In this document: positions 52,004 through 62,991 of the stretch, one piece after another
Position numbering within the stretch: the first letter of the stretch is position 1
How the letters are laid out: the number at the start of each line of letters is the position of its first letter
From: a bacterium
GTDB taxonomy: Bacteria > UBP15 > UBA6099
NCBI GenBank assembly: GCA_029564595.1
Contig: JAKQPS010000120.1
Coordinates: 16,424 to 80,423 of the forward strand
Reading direction: 5' to 3'
Length of the DNA stretch: 64,000 bases
Made by a program: the position numbers and the translations under genes
The notes under the pieces: model-generated
Database searches by the model: none
What the model saw: only the letters and a program-made list of their open reading frames with translations
What the model was told of the DNA's origin: nothing

Positions 52004-52705
52004 ATGGAATACGCGCTCGAAGCAAGGTCCGTAACAAAGACATATAAGATGGGCGAAGTGGAAGTGCGCGCGGTGGACGGCGCGAGCTTGGCCGTGCCGC
52101 GCGGCGGCTTCGTGTCCCTTATGGGGCCGTCCGGCTCCGGAAAAACCACCCTGCTCAACCTGCTCGGCTGCGTGGACAGGCCGTCAGGCGGAGACATCTT
52201 CATCGACGGCAGCCCGGTGTCCCGGATGTCGGACGCGGAACTGGACAGGACGCGCCTGTTGCGGATCGGCTTCGTGTTCCAGAGGGTGAACCTCATCCCG
52301 ATTCTGACCGCGCTCGAAAATGTCGAGCTTCCGATGGAGATGGCTGGCATGGGCGGCGCGGAACGGACCCGGCGCGCGCTCGAGCTCCTCGACTCGGTCG
52401 GGCTGTCCAACCGCGCGGGACACAAACCTTCCCAATTGAGCGCGGGCGAACAGCAGCGCGTCGGCATCGCCAGAGCGATGGCCAACCGGCCTTCAGTCAT
52501 CCTCGCCGACGAGCCGACAGGCAACTTGGACTCCGCCTCCGCAGCCTCCGTTATGTCCCTTCTGGCCGAACTCAACAGACAGTCGGCGCAGACACTCGTC
52601 ATCGTTACCCACGACCCCGAAGTCGGCAACGCCGCCCAAAATAAAGTCGTAATCAGAGACGGAAAGATATATTCCGCCGAAAGGACTCCCGGCGCGGTTG
52701 ACTAA
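52004..52705 (+). CDS. ABC transporter ATP-binding protein (MacB/LolD/FtsE-like subfamily)
   Basis: Walker A GPSGSGKTT, signature LSAGEQQRVGIARA, Walker B ILADEPTGNLD; no permease gene adjacent. Confidence 0.85.
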   Translation: MEYALEARSVTKTYKMGEVEVRAVDGASLAVPRGGFVSLMGPSGSGKTTLLNLLGCVDRPSGGDIFIDGSPVSRMSDAELDRTRLLRIGFVFQRVNLIPILTALENVELPMEMAGMGGAERTRRALELLDSVGLSNRAGHKPSQLSAGEQQRVGIARAMANRPSVILADEPTGNLDSASAASVMSLLAELNRQSAQTLVIVTHDPEVGNAAQNKVVIRDGKIYSAERTPGAVD

Positions 52706-52842
52706 CAACTCGAACGGCAATATAATTTGGCCGAAAGGGGCCGGACGAGTCCCGCCCCGATTTTTTTTGCGCGGCGCGCGGAGCGCAGTTGTCTCTCGGC
52801 GCCGATTGAAATAAGGGCCGATTCCCCGGCCCCGCACAATAC

Positions 52843-52916
52843 GGCTAGGTAGCTCAGCTGGTCAGAGCACACGGCTCATACCCGTGGCGTCGCCGGTTCA
52901 AATCCGGCCCTAGCTA
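52843..52916 (+). tRNA. tRNA with anticodon CAT (Met; initiator, elongator or Ile-lysidine not resolved)
   Basis: Hand-folded cloverleaf: acceptor GGCTAGG/CCTAGCT (G1-U72), D-arm GCTC-AGCTGGTCA-GAGC, anticodon arm CACGG-CTCATAC-CCGTG with three G-C pairs next to the loop, T-arm GCCGG-TTCAAAT-CCGGC; CCA not encoded. Confidence 0.85.
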
Positions 52917-52937
52917 CTATCATAAATACAAATAACC

Positions 52938-53041
52938 CGAATCCTTCGCTAGGATTCTGTCGCGATTGTTCCCAACAGATGAAATGCGAGGCGCAAAGCG
53001 CTTTTTTGCTTTGAATAGAACATAAGGTTCATGAACAAAAA
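52938..53041 (+). repeat. About 105-bp repeated element, copy 2, beginning 22 bp after the tRNA
   Basis: CGAATCC-N5-TAGGATTC hairpin start and ATAGAACATAAGGTTCATGAACAAAAA end with the same 65-bp spacing as copy 1 at 31857-31964; partial third motif GCATAGGTTCATAGA at 53156-53170. Confidence 0.55.
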
Positions 53042-53489
53042 CGCTGAACGTCTAATCAGCCCCCCCCGCTTTCCCGGAGCGTCCTCTGCCGAAGGAGACA
53101 CAGACAATCCGGCCTGTCGCCCGTCGCGCATATCGCGAATTTTCAATCGCTCAAGCATAGGTTCATAGATTCGGCTCGTCTTCATGCGACTCTCCATATC
53201 ACCCTGCGGCAGACTTCTAACATGGACGTACAAATATCCATACAAGGTTTAGCCGCGATCAAGTATAACTCCGGAAGACAGGTTCGTGTGTCTGCCGCCA
53301 CAATGCTGAGCGCCCCCCTATTCGACGCAAGATAACGCGTCGCGCGCAACGAGCGGCGCAGTCGCGACAAATTTGTGTTGATGTTGTCATCGTTTTCCTG
53401 TAAACTCGGAATACGGTTCCGGAATGGCGTTTGACCGAATGAACGCCGCGCCGGTAGCTCCGTAAATCATTGAAAGGGCGAATATTTGA

Positions 53490-55193
53490 ATGATTCTGCT
53501 TAATCCGAAAAAATATGATCCGAAAAGGCTCGACCCGGCATCCGCCGAACTGATGAAGAAAACCATCGCGTTCTTCGAGGCAAAGGGCAAAAGAAAACTG
53601 AAACAGGACGACCACGAGAGAGTGTGGTACGCGGACTTTCTGGATTTCGTGAAGCAGGAAAAAGTGTTTTCGAAACTGCTTACGCCGTCCGGTTATTCCG
53701 ACGGCGACCCTGACACCCGGTGGGACAACAACCGGAACTGCGACTTCAACGAGATAACCGCCTTCTACGCCCTGCACTACTGGTACACGTGGCAGGTGAG
53801 CATTCTCGGCCTCGGCCCGATATGGATGGGCAAAAACGAAGAGGTGAAAAAGAAGACGGCGGAGCTGTTGCGCGAGGGCGGCATCTTCGCGTTCGGACTG
53901 TCCGAAAAAGAGCACGGCGCGGATATCTATTCCACGGATATGTCGCTCGCCCCGCAGGCCGACGGCACATACATTGCCAATGGGAGAAAGTATTACATCG
54001 GCAACGGAAACAAGGCGGCGCTGGTGTCCACTCTCGGCAAGATGAAGGACAGCGGCGACTTCGTGTTCTTCGTCGTCGGATCGACTCACGGCAAGTACGA
54101 ATGCGTGCGCAATCTGGTGAACACTCAGTCTTACGTCGCCGAGTACGCTCTGAACGACTACCCGATATATGAATACGACATCCTCACGAAGGGACAGGAG
54201 GCGTGGGACTCCGCGCTGAACACCATAAACGTTGGGAAATACAATCTCGGATGGGCGTCGATCGGCATATGCACGCACTCGATTTACGAGGCGATAGACC
54301 ACGCGTCGAACAGGGTGCTGTACGGCAAACACGTGACGGACTTCCCGCACATCAGGCAGCTAATGACTGACGCGTACTGCCGATTGGTCGCGATGAAACT
54401 GTTCGCGCTGCGCGCGTCTGACTACATGAGGGCGGCGGGGCCGGACGACAGGCGCTATCTGCTGTACAACCCGATGGTGAAGATGAAAGTGACCACGCAG
54501 GGCGAGGAAGTCATCAACCTGTTGTGGGACGTGATAGCGGCGCGCGGGTTCGAGAAGGAAACGTATTTCGAGATGGCGGCGCGAGACATCCGCGCGCTCC
54601 CCAAACTCGAAGGAACTGTTCATGTGAACATGGCCCTCATCATCAAATTCATGCGCAACTATTTCTTCATGCCCGGCAAATTCCCCGAACTAGGCGTGAA
54701 AACAGACCCGGCGAACGACGACTTCCTGTTCAATCAGGGACCGACGCGCGGACTGGGCAAAATCCAGTTCCACGACTACAACATCGCGTACAACAGCGTT
54801 GACTTGCCGAACGTCAACCTCTTCAAAGAGCAAATAAACGTCCTCAAGGAATTCCTCATGACCGCCACCCCCACAGAGGAGCAGGCCAAGGACATCGATT
54901 TCCTGCTCGTGCTCGGCGAACTATTCACGCTTGTGGCATACGGGCAGCTTATCATCGAGAACTCCGCGATAATGAATGTCGAGGACGCGCTGCTCGACCA
55001 GATATTCGACTTCTTCGTCCGCGACTTCTCCAAATTCGCGCTGCAACTTTACTCGAAGACGGGCAGCACGGAGAAGCAGATGGGCCTGTGCCTGAAGATG
55101 ATCCGCAAACCTGTCCCGAACCCGGAAAGATTCAACAAGATATGGAACGAGCACGTCTTCGCCCTCAAAGGCGCTTACACCATGAGCGACTGA
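53490..55193 (+). CDS. Acyl-CoA dehydrogenase family protein
   Basis: 567 aa; overall three-domain ACAD-like layout (tentative family-level call from pattern, not a motif match). Confidence 0.65.
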   Translation: MILLNPKKYDPKRLDPASAELMKKTIAFFEAKGKRKLKQDDHERVWYADFLDFVKQEKVFSKLLTPSGYSDGDPDTRWDNNRNCDFNEITAFYALHYWYTWQVSILGLGPIWMGKNEEVKKKTAELLREGGIFAFGLSEKEHGADIYSTDMSLAPQADGTYIANGRKYYIGNGNKAALVSTLGKMKDSGDFVFFVVGSTHGKYECVRNLVNTQSYVAEYALNDYPIYEYDILTKGQEAWDSALNTINVGKYNLGWASIGICTHSIYEAIDHASNRVLYGKHVTDFPHIRQLMTDAYCRLVAMKLFALRASDYMRAAGPDDRRYLLYNPMVKMKVTTQGEEVINLLWDVIAARGFEKETYFEMAARDIRALPKLEGTVHVNMALIIKFMRNYFFMPGKFPELGVKTDPANDDFLFNQGPTRGLGKIQFHDYNIAYNSVDLPNVNLFKEQINVLKEFLMTATPTEEQAKDIDFLLVLGELFTLVAYGQLIIENSAIMNVEDALLDQIFDFFVRDFSKFALQLYSKTGSTEKQMGLCLKMIRKPVPNPERFNKIWNEHVFALKGAYTMSD

Positions 55194-55238
55194 GTAGGCA
55201 AACTAATGTTGACTATGCGTTGATTCTATTGTTATTTT

Positions 55239-55280
55239 GCGGGGAAGCATTTTTATGAAAAGGCTTCCCCGCTTTTATTT
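55239..55280. terminator. Bidirectional terminator hairpin GCGGGGAAGC / GCTTCCCCGC followed by T-rich tract
   Basis: Read directly between convergent genes. Confidence 0.65.
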
Positions 55281-55457
55281 AGAAGCTTCTATTATCGACT
55301 ATTCAGTAAAGTTTCGTTCTTCGCAATATCCGCGCATATCCATACTTGCAATATTCACACGCTTTTATTGGAGCCAATGTTTATTGCTCCGGCCAACCCC
55401 GCACAACCGAACCTATCTCTCTTCAATTATTTCTCTATTTCGAAAACAGCTCGTTTT

Positions 55458-57365
55458 TCAAAGTTTTTTTGATTCCTTTTTCGCCAGCCGCAAAGACATC
55501 ATAATGACAACAATGACGCCTCCTATTAGCGCAATCCAAATAATAATTTCTTTTCCCAAAGGTCGGTCGTCCTTTTCATCGCATGCGTCTCCTATTCCAT
55601 CTTTGTCTTTATCAGGTTGCACGGATTTGCCATATTGCTGTCGCTTGGGATTGCTGACTAATGGACAATTGTCAAGCGCATTTAGAACGCCGTCATTATC
55701 CCAGTCTTCGCATGCGTCTCCAACGCCGTCATTGTTCCTGTCCTTCTGATCATTGTTAGGAATGTCCGGGCAATTATCATTGACATCCAACACGCCATCA
55801 TTGTCGCTATCCTCGCAAATATCGCCGATGTCGTTAAGATTAACATCGCGCTGATCAGGATTTTTCATGCTAGGACAGTTGTCGCAAGCATCTCCGACAC
55901 CGTCATTGTCGGAATCGCGCTGATCAGGATTCTTTTTCTTCACGCAATTATCCTTGAAGTTCTGCGCATCATCATTGTCGTCGTCATCGCAAGCGTCTCC
56001 CACGCCATCGTTGTTTTTGTCTTCTTGTTGAGGATTATAACCATGAATACAGTTGTCGCATGCGTCGCCAATGCCGTCCCGGTCGGTGTCCCGCTGATCT
56101 GCATTCGGCTTGTTTCGGCAGTTGTCAACCGCTGTCGGAATGCCATCATTGTCCATGTCTTCGCAAGCGTCGCCGACGCCGTTGCGGTCTTTGTCCTGCT
56201 GTCTCGGATTCCTAACAGATGGACAATTATCCTTGCTGTTTATGATGCCGTCAAAATCATGATCGTCGCAAACATCGCCAATTCCATTTGAATCTGAGTC
56301 CATTTGGTCAGGATTTGCCATATCCAGACAGTTGTCACAAGCATCGCCAACCCCATCCCGGTCAACGTCCTCTTGGCTCGCATTAGGAACATCCGGACAG
56401 TTATCACATGCGTCTCCTACGCCGTCGCGATCAGAATCCTTCTGATCTGGATTGCTATTAAGAGGACAATTATCATATTTTGTTATCTTATCTCGATCCG
56501 GGTCTTCATTATATTCTGGATTCGGCTTCTCTCTTCCGAGCTTCACCTGCGGCATGTTCTTCCAGACGCGTAAACCGCGCGTATTAGATTTCGTATTTGA
56601 GCTTTTAATGTTCCCGTAATATATCTGATACTTTTTTCCCTCTTTTATATCGAACACAGCGCCAATTTCGGACGGCCCGAATATTCGCATTTCTCTTATT
56701 GCGATACCGCCGCCATGTTCAAATGCGAAACGGATAAATCGCTTTATAACAGGCGGATATGGGATTTCAAGATTCAAAGGCTCGTCCGCATCGTATTTCA
56801 CATTCTGCAAATACGTCCATTGGACGCCGTCATTGCTCCCGCTGATAATCAGTTTCTTAAATGTGAATGCATCGTCATGCAAATGTATCTCAGCAAACCC
56901 TGTGAGCGTAGGCTGGCCGAAATCAAAAGTCAGGGTCGTATGCCTAGGGTCTTTTTCAGGATCGCTCTGGTAGTAACTGCCCTCTTTGCCGGAAACATCT
57001 CCGTCTGTTAAATTGCGCGACCCGTACGAGGCGCCGCGGAATGGGGACCGCTCTGAAGTCGCTTTTATTCCTGATGCTCTTGAGGCGACATCCATTCTGT
57101 CATTCTTTACCAGCATATACGGTATTTCCTTTCCTGATTCGGCGATTCGCAAATCCCGCTGGTCCGGCAGCATTTTCTGAAGCGCTTCTTCGTCGAGGCG
57201 CAACAACGCCTCGCCTTGCGCGCTTCCCGTCGACACGTCTCGCATATATGGATACGCGGAAAACGTTTCAGCCTCGCCCGCCTTTGCGGTAATGGCAATG
57301 ATCGACACAAGCGCAAAGATATACATACTTAACCTTGTCACTGCCTTCTCTATATCAGTCGTCAT
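55458..57365 (-). CDS. Thrombospondin type-3 repeat protein with N-terminal discoidin-like region and C-terminal TM anchor
   Basis: Start at ATG 57365 (GAGGAG upstream) overlapping the upstream stop (ATGA); more than ten tandem Ca-binding-type repeats (DxDxDGxGDxCDNCP); C-terminal hydrophobic [17 protein letters not shown]; lower GC than flanks. Confidence 0.75.
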   Translation of the reverse strand: MTTDIEKAVTRLSMYIFALVSIIAITAKAGEAETFSAYPYMRDVSTGSAQGEALLRLDEEALQKMLPDQRDLRIAESGKEIPYMLVKNDRMDVASRASGIKATSERSPFRGASYGSRNLTDGDVSGKEGSYYQSDPEKDPRHTTLTFDFGQPTLTGFAEIHLHDDAFTFKKLIISGSNDGVQWTYLQNVKYDADEPLNLEIPYPPVIKRFIRFAFEHGGGIAIREMRIFGPSEIGAVFDIKEGKKYQIYYGNIKSSNTKSNTRGLRVWKNMPQVKLGREKPNPEYNEDPDRDKITKYDNCPLNSNPDQKDSDRDGVGDACDNCPDVPNASQEDVDRDGVGDACDNCLDMANPDQMDSDSNGIGDVCDDHDFDGIINSKDNCPSVRNPRQQDKDRNGVGDACEDMDNDGIPTAVDNCRNKPNADQRDTDRDGIGDACDNCIHGYNPQQEDKNNDGVGDACDDDDNDDAQNFKDNCVKKKNPDQRDSDNDGVGDACDNCPSMKNPDQRDVNLNDIGDICEDSDNDGVLDVNDNCPDIPNNDQKDRNNDGVGDACEDWDNDGVLNALDNCPLVSNPKRQQYGKSVQPDKDKDGIGDACDEKDDRPLGKEIIIWIALIGGVIVVIMMSLRLAKKESKKL

Positions 57366-59749
57366 AACAACTCCTCGATTTGTTTTCTGTATCTGTAATA
57401 TAAAAACGATGCGACAAGAAGGATCACTCCAACTCCGAACAAAGATACAACGCGATACGCCAAGTCTAGGCTTGCCATATCGCGGATAAGCGCCTTTGCC
57501 AACGAGAGCACTAAAAGACTTATGCCGACATAACGGATATATCGCGATTTTGAAACAAAACCAATGATTAAAACACATACAGCTTCCACTGCCCATGCGA
57601 TGGTAATCCAATGTCCGGAGAACACACATGCCAGCATATATGTCAGGAATATGGTTGAGCATGAGGCGTAGACGACGCCAGCTTGTTTTATTTGTTCAAA
57701 AGGCGAAGAGTATTCTCCTTTGTACAGCCGATATGCCACAATGTAATAAATCAATAATTGTGGCAAAAGCGTTTGCATCGCGATATTGCTGTTCTCTGCG
57801 ACAGAATACAAGGTTCGCATTGATAAAATCAGATGAATCGTGAATGCGGCGGCATATAACCAGTAAAGACGTCTGTTGCGCGCCACTGCCAACAGAGCGA
57901 TTCCCAGCAGACAAACGGCAAACACACTGTTTTCAAGTTTTGCGAAGACAAGATTCAATTGCATTGTCGCAAGACCCGCGCCCGCAATCGCATAAACATA
58001 TGTTTCTAGAAATTTCATGTCATATCTCTGAATCTTCATAAGCCTGTCGCTTAAAACTGCTAAAATGAAGAAGCTTGCCGCCGACACGACCAACATGACT
58101 GCTCGCAAACCTTGTTCGCCGATAAATATGAAAACGCTGCATAGAGCGGCAACCGCCACAAAACGACTGAGCCAGCGCAGGAGTTTATTATCCAAAATTA
58201 CTGAGAGATAGAATAGCATTGCGGATTCCACAGCCCAAGAAAGCGGCAACCAATTCTTTGTTAATTGAACCGGAATCGCGAGCGTGACGAAAACAGTAGC
58301 AAGAGCCAAATAGGTTTGTGACAGAGGTGTAAGTTTTTTTGACATGGCGACACGACAGAGACAAACACACAGCACGGCCATGCTGAGGGTAAACAACCCC
58401 GCGTATTCATGATATTCAGAGAAGATTTTGTGGAACAGAAATCCGAAAAAACACAACTTATTCATAACAACAATGACGACTTCCTCTAAAATCAAACCGG
58501 TTTTCGATAATTGCATCAGAAACGCACACACAGTGAATATCGTCAACAGGCATGCTAAGAATAACAGAGCCATGGCTGTTTGTCCTTCGACACTATTATT
58601 CCAAAGAAGAAACGCAATATAATTTGCCACGACCGCTCCGATGCCAAGCCCAGCTATGGAATAACGCAGGATTAGGAAAACGAGAGTCAGGTCAATAGCC
58701 AAGTAATAAATCAACGACAGGCTGCCGCTTTCCATGGTGAAAAACGGAATAAATAGATTCAATATAGCGATGGCATAGATAACACATCGACTTTCTAACG
58801 GTAAAAGCTTCTTTTCAACATTCATAGCGATGACGCGAGCGCCAAACTGCTTTTGCGCAAAAACCAAACCCATAAAAAGCCCGAAATAGCAAAACAAAAA
58901 CAACAAATTCATTAAAAGCTCGCTCGGATTATTATTGAGCCAGTTGATATGAATTATATAGGTTGCCGCTAGTCCCGCGACTCCAATTCGAAACCATCCC
59001 TTCCTGCGCGCAAGGTAAATCAAACCAACGGCAAGCACGACATTGTATAAAAGAGTAAATACGTTTATCGCGCCGCAGAGATATGCCGTTGCATATCCCA
59101 ATAGAAACGCTTCGCCGGCAAGCAGCGCGGAATCAAGCTTTATAGAATATATAATCGCGCTAGCAACGACTATAGTCAGCAATATTATGTCCATGACAAG
59201 CGAAATATGCGTGAACTCCGCGTAGAAATGATGCGCCGCATAAAGAGTGAAATATAGAAGAGCGAAACCGCCTCCTATCAATGTTCTGTCATAACCCTTG
59301 TACTGTTTTTTCGTTTTAAGAATATTCCCGGTTAATATAAATATCAAAGCGAGCGCGATGCCTCCAACGATGCGCGTTGTCGGCCCGATCCATTGATTGT
59401 CAATTGCGTATTTCACAAAAAAAGAGAACGCAACGACGACCAGAATAATTCCCGCGAGCCCGAACCACTTCATGCCGATTTCAGCCTCGCGGGACGTCTT
59501 TGGCGCAGGAGGCACATCCGGCGAAGACAAGGGAGAGTCGGGCGGTTCATATAGCTCATTAGCGGGCTTTTTTGCCTCTTGCATATCCGCCGCAACGACA
59601 TCTTTGATTCTATTAATATCCGTATCAGTTTCATGCGCAACTCTCTCCCGCACTGCCTGCTCCAAATGATCAAATCGTATCCTCAACTCATCAATCTGCG
59701 TTTTGATCATTAGCATTTCTTTCTTGATCTCTTCAGGCATTTCCGCCAT
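57362..59749 (-). CDS. Large polytopic membrane protein, DUF2339-like, with N-terminal coiled coil
   Basis: 795 aa; N-terminal helical segment then about 20 hydrophobic segments; lower-GC codon usage; family assignment from memory. Confidence 0.65.
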   Translation of the reverse strand: MAEMPEEIKKEMLMIKTQIDELRIRFDHLEQAVRERVAHETDTDINRIKDVVAADMQEAKKPANELYEPPDSPLSSPDVPPAPKTSREAEIGMKWFGLAGIILVVVAFSFFVKYAIDNQWIGPTTRIVGGIALALIFILTGNILKTKKQYKGYDRTLIGGGFALLYFTLYAAHHFYAEFTHISLVMDIILLTIVVASAIIYSIKLDSALLAGEAFLLGYATAYLCGAINVFTLLYNVVLAVGLIYLARRKGWFRIGVAGLAATYIIHINWLNNNPSELLMNLLFLFCYFGLFMGLVFAQKQFGARVIAMNVEKKLLPLESRCVIYAIAILNLFIPFFTMESGSLSLIYYLAIDLTLVFLILRYSIAGLGIGAVVANYIAFLLWNNSVEGQTAMALLFLACLLTIFTVCAFLMQLSKTGLILEEVVIVVMNKLCFFGFLFHKIFSEYHEYAGLFTLSMAVLCVCLCRVAMSKKLTPLSQTYLALATVFVTLAIPVQLTKNWLPLSWAVESAMLFYLSVILDNKLLRWLSRFVAVAALCSVFIFIGEQGLRAVMLVVSAASFFILAVLSDRLMKIQRYDMKFLETYVYAIAGAGLATMQLNLVFAKLENSVFAVCLLGIALLAVARNRRLYWLYAAAFTIHLILSMRTLYSVAENSNIAMQTLLPQLLIYYIVAYRLYKGEYSSPFEQIKQAGVVYASCSTIFLTYMLACVFSGHWITIAWAVEAVCVLIIGFVSKSRYIRYVGISLLVLSLAKALIRDMASLDLAYRVVSLFGVGVILLVASFLYYRYRKQIEELL

Positions 59750-60425
59750 AGAAGCAACCCCTTATTGATTCACAAGTTTTCAATGTGTCTTTGCCATATG
59801 ACACACTGATTTCTGACAGTTGGTTGTGTTGTTGTCAATTATACAAGCGATAGCATTTATTTGAAAGGGGTTATAACCTTACTAATTTCAATATTATTTA
59901 AATGGCAACCTTGAGTTCGAAATAGGAACGCGCTCATCGCATTCTTTGCATCAACTATTTTGTCGGGCTTACTAAATGTCCACCATCAATAATGCCGCAT
60001 ATTTCAAGTTGAATTCCGGCTTAGCAATACGTCCCTCTATTGTAACGCGTAAATTCTTCTCGTAAAAGAATCATCGCCGCATCGCGAAGCTTGTGGGTTA
60101 AAAAACTAATCACAAACGAAATATACGCGATTCACAATCTAATACAGCCTGAAGATGTGTCAGTTTTGGGGATTCTTGCGGCAAGCCTTCTTCGAGTCTT
60201 CTTTTTTTATGTCGGGTTTGACTCTTGAGACGGGGTTGCGCGTCCAGAATTTCCGGATGGTTTTCCACGCGGGTTTTATTTTCTTCTTTTTAGCCATTTG
60301 GCGTTGTCCATAACGTCGTTCTTTGCAAATCGTCTTGATATTTATATGAATTCTAACGATGGATTAGCGTTTATTCGCGATGAACGATGAAGGCCGCGAA
60401 TTTTAATTAAGCGTCGCTATCCCCG

Positions 60426-60608
60426 TCAGTTATTCGTATTGCCGTCGTCGCCCTGCCCCGTTTCTTTTTTCAGCATCGCCACGTCGAACGCGTGGTCGAG
60501 ACATTTGACTTCGCCGCCGCCGGATGAGACGGAGAAGCGTTTGTTGCATGTGGCGCGGTACGCGCAGTTCGAGCAAAGTTTGACGGTCGGCTGTTCTGTT
60601 TGGCTCAT
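60426..60608 (-). CDS. Small cysteine-containing protein (possible zinc-binding), hypothetical
   Basis: 60 aa with C-x2-C-x5-C and a fourth Cys; 27 bp downstream of lepB on the same strand. Confidence 0.35.
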   Translation of the reverse strand: MSQTEQPTVKLCSNCAYRATCNKRFSVSSGGGEVKCLDHAFDVAMLKKETGQGDDGNTNN

Positions 60609-60635
60609 TGTGTTTTTCTCCTTGCGACGGCCGGT

Positions 60636-61436
60636 TCAGCGGAGAATGCCTATGCGGCCGGGAGGCCAGAAGCGGAAAAACGCTTTGGCCTGCACGTTCT
60701 TTTTCGGGAGGAACCCCCATTTGTGTCCGTCGTGGCTGTTGCACCTATTGTCGCCAAGCGCCAGAAGCATGCCTTCGGGGACTGTCCTTATCGGAAAATC
60801 GTCATAGTTTGGGCAGACGCGCAGTCCGTTCTTCAGATATGGCTCGTCGAGCGGTTTGCCGTTTAAGAAGATTTTTCCTCCGAACACGCCCACCGCGTCG
60901 CCTTCGACGGCTACGGCGCGCTTAAGGTAGGAATAATCGAAGTCTTTGTCCTTGTTGAAGCGGGTTGAGAGGGTTCCGGGGGCGAGAGGCTGCGTTGTCC
61001 GGCGCACTTCGGGAGGAGGGATGAAAGCGATTATGTCGCCGCGCGCCGGGTCGGACAGCCTGTATGTGATTCTGCTGCCGAAGACGCGGTCGCCCGGCTC
61101 TATGGTCGGTTCCATCGAGCCTGTGGGGATGACGTACGCCTGAACGAGAAAAGTTTTTATCAACAGCGCGAGGACAAGAGCGACGGCGATGGATTTCGCC
61201 CAGTCCCAAATTTCTTCTGCAGCGCGGCGGGCGCCGCTTTTTTTGAGTTCCGCCGGAGCTTCCGCAGCCGAACAGTCACACGGGATGCAATCCGGCGTTT
61301 CTAGTCCGGTCACAACGTCTGAGGCAGAAAGTGCGGATGAAGTTTCAACGCCGTCGCGACTCATTGTCCGGGCGTCTCCGGTTTCTCTTTCCGGCAACTT
61401 GGGAATCGCGGGGTTGTCCTGTTTTTCGAAATCCAT
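60636..61436 (-). CDS. lepB: Signal peptidase I
   Basis: S26 family boxes: SMEPT (catalytic Ser), RGDIIAF, and GDNRCNSHDGHKWG (catalytic Lys region); N-terminal extension suggests true start may be internal. Confidence 0.85.
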   Translation of the reverse strand: MDFEKQDNPAIPKLPERETGDARTMSRDGVETSSALSASDVVTGLETPDCIPCDCSAAEAPAELKKSGARRAAEEIWDWAKSIAVALVLALLIKTFLVQAYVIPTGSMEPTIEPGDRVFGSRITYRLSDPARGDIIAFIPPPEVRRTTQPLAPGTLSTRFNKDKDFDYSYLKRAVAVEGDAVGVFGGKIFLNGKPLDEPYLKNGLRVCPNYDDFPIRTVPEGMLLALGDNRCNSHDGHKWGFLPKKNVQAKAFFRFWPPGRIGILR

Positions 61437-61506
61437 GCTTAATCCTAAGCGGTCCCGTGCTAAACGCCGCGGCTTCGCTGACGCGCGACCGGGATCAGCT
61501 TTCCTC

Positions 61507-62988
61507 TCAAAGCCTTACGTGGTACAGGTAGTTCCCGCGTTGAACGATGATGAAAACGGATTCGAGAACGGAAGCGATGAGAGTGGCTTCCCTGAAGTCG
61601 TCCATGTTTTCAATCGAACGGTTGCCGACCTGACGGATGATATCGCCGGGTTCGATGCCGATTCTGTCCGCGGGGCCTTTGGGGTCGACGCGGGTGACGA
61701 CAACGCCGGAGGCCCTGCCGAGGCGATACTTCAGCCGCGCGGCCTGATCGATGTCGTCAAGAGACATGCCGAGAAGTTCGCGCGAAAGGGAGTCCGCCCT
61801 GTCCAGAGGCATGCCCGCCATTTTCATGTCTGTTTTTTTGCGAGAGCCGTCGCGCACGTATTCTATCGACGCGGAGTCGCCGACGAGGTAGGAGCCGATT
61901 ATCTCGACGAAGTTGCTCATGGAGTCAACTTTTCGATTGTCAATTTTTGTGACGATGTCGCCGGATTTGAAGCCCGCGCGGGAGGCCGGGCTGTCGGGAA
62001 TGACGTCCGCCACTAGCGCGCCGGCGGGAGAGTCCATGCCCATGCGGCGGGCAAGCTGAGCCGATAGCTCCTGCATCCTCAGGCCCGTCCAAGTTTTTTC
62101 GATTCTGCCGAAGCGGATGAGGTCGGCCACAGCGCGCATCGCCCTGTTGATGGGAATGGCAAATCCGATGCCCTCGGCGTTGGCATAGATGGCGGTGTTG
62201 ATGCCGATGACCTCGCCTGCGAGGTTGACGAGAGGCCCGCCGCTGTTGCCGGGGTTGATCGAGGCGTCAGTCTGGATGAAGTCGTTGAACACCCTGCCCT
62301 CGTCCGTTTTCATCGAGCGGCCAACCGCGCTGACCACTCCGGTGGTGACGGTCTGGTTAAGGCCGTACGGGTTGCCTATGGCGATGACGGTCTCGCCAAT
62401 CATGAGGGCGTCGGAATCGCCGGTGCGCGCTGCGGGAAGGTCTTTCTTGAGGTCGACTTTGAGGATGGCCAAGTCGAACTTCGGGTCGGCTCCGATTATC
62501 TTTGCTTCGGCCTCGGAGCCGTCGGGCATCGTTATCTGGATGCGGGACGCGCGCATTACGACGTGGTCGTTCGTGAGGATGTATCCCTTGGGGTCTATGA
62601 CGACGCCGGAACCGAGCGTCTGAGTCTGGTATCTCTGGGTTGGCATGCCGTCGAAAAATCTGTCGAAGAAGTCGTTGAAGAACTCGTCGCGGAAAGAGCC
62701 GCCGAAGGGGTTTGCGCGGCGCTCGACGATTTTCTCGGTGCTGATGTTGACCACCGCCGGGCCGACCCTTTCGATGGCTGCGACGACCGGGGTGCGGCGC
62801 AGAGCCAGCGCGGCTTCCGGCGAGATATCTGACGCGCCAGCGAACGCGGTGGACAGAGAGAGGCGTTCCGCCGCTCTCGAACCGCCTTTGATTCGGCTGC
62901 AAGCGGCCATTCCCATTGCGAAAGAGAGAATCAGAAGGGAAACGAAAAACAAGATGTTTCGGGTCTTTGAAACTTTTGAGGAGCGCAT
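61507..62988 (-). CDS. htrA: Do/DegP/HtrA family serine endoprotease with PDZ domains
   Basis: Catalytic triad contexts TNDHVV, D in DLAILKV, GNSGGPLVN; two PDZ-like regions. Confidence 0.9.
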   Translation of the reverse strand: MRSSKVSKTRNILFFVSLLILSFAMGMAACSRIKGGSRAAERLSLSTAFAGASDISPEAALALRRTPVVAAIERVGPAVVNISTEKIVERRANPFGGSFRDEFFNDFFDRFFDGMPTQRYQTQTLGSGVVIDPKGYILTNDHVVMRASRIQITMPDGSEAEAKIIGADPKFDLAILKVDLKKDLPAARTGDSDALMIGETVIAIGNPYGLNQTVTTGVVSAVGRSMKTDEGRVFNDFIQTDASINPGNSGGPLVNLAGEVIGINTAIYANAEGIGFAIPINRAMRAVADLIRFGRIEKTWTGLRMQELSAQLARRMGMDSPAGALVADVIPDSPASRAGFKSGDIVTKIDNRKVDSMSNFVEIIGSYLVGDSASIEYVRDGSRKKTDMKMAGMPLDRADSLSRELLGMSLDDIDQAARLKYRLGRASGVVVTRVDPKGPADRIGIEPGDIIRQVGNRSIENMDDFREATLIASVLESVFIIVQRGNYLYHVRL

Positions 62989-62991
62989 GGT

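Noticed and set aside
51649-52629. 326-aa minus-strand ORF overlapping the STAS and ABC ATPase genes
   Set aside because: Antisense to an ATPase with Walker A/B and signature motifs.
52843-52916. Calling the tRNA specifically initiator tRNA-fMet
   Set aside because: Three G-C pairs in the anticodon stem favour initiator identity, but position 1-72 is a G-U pair rather than the C-A mismatch typical of bacterial initiators, so only the CAT anticodon is asserted.
53259-54350. 363-aa minus-strand ORF overlapping the acyl-CoA dehydrogenase-like gene
   Set aside because: Antisense shadow; Arg/Val-rich translation; the region 53259-53489 is better explained as intergenic repeat sequence.
56025-56573. 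Two plus-strand ORFs (88 and 89 aa) inside the thrombospondin-repeat gene
   Set aside because: Generated by the periodic DNA repeats of the minus-strand gene read in the wrong frame.
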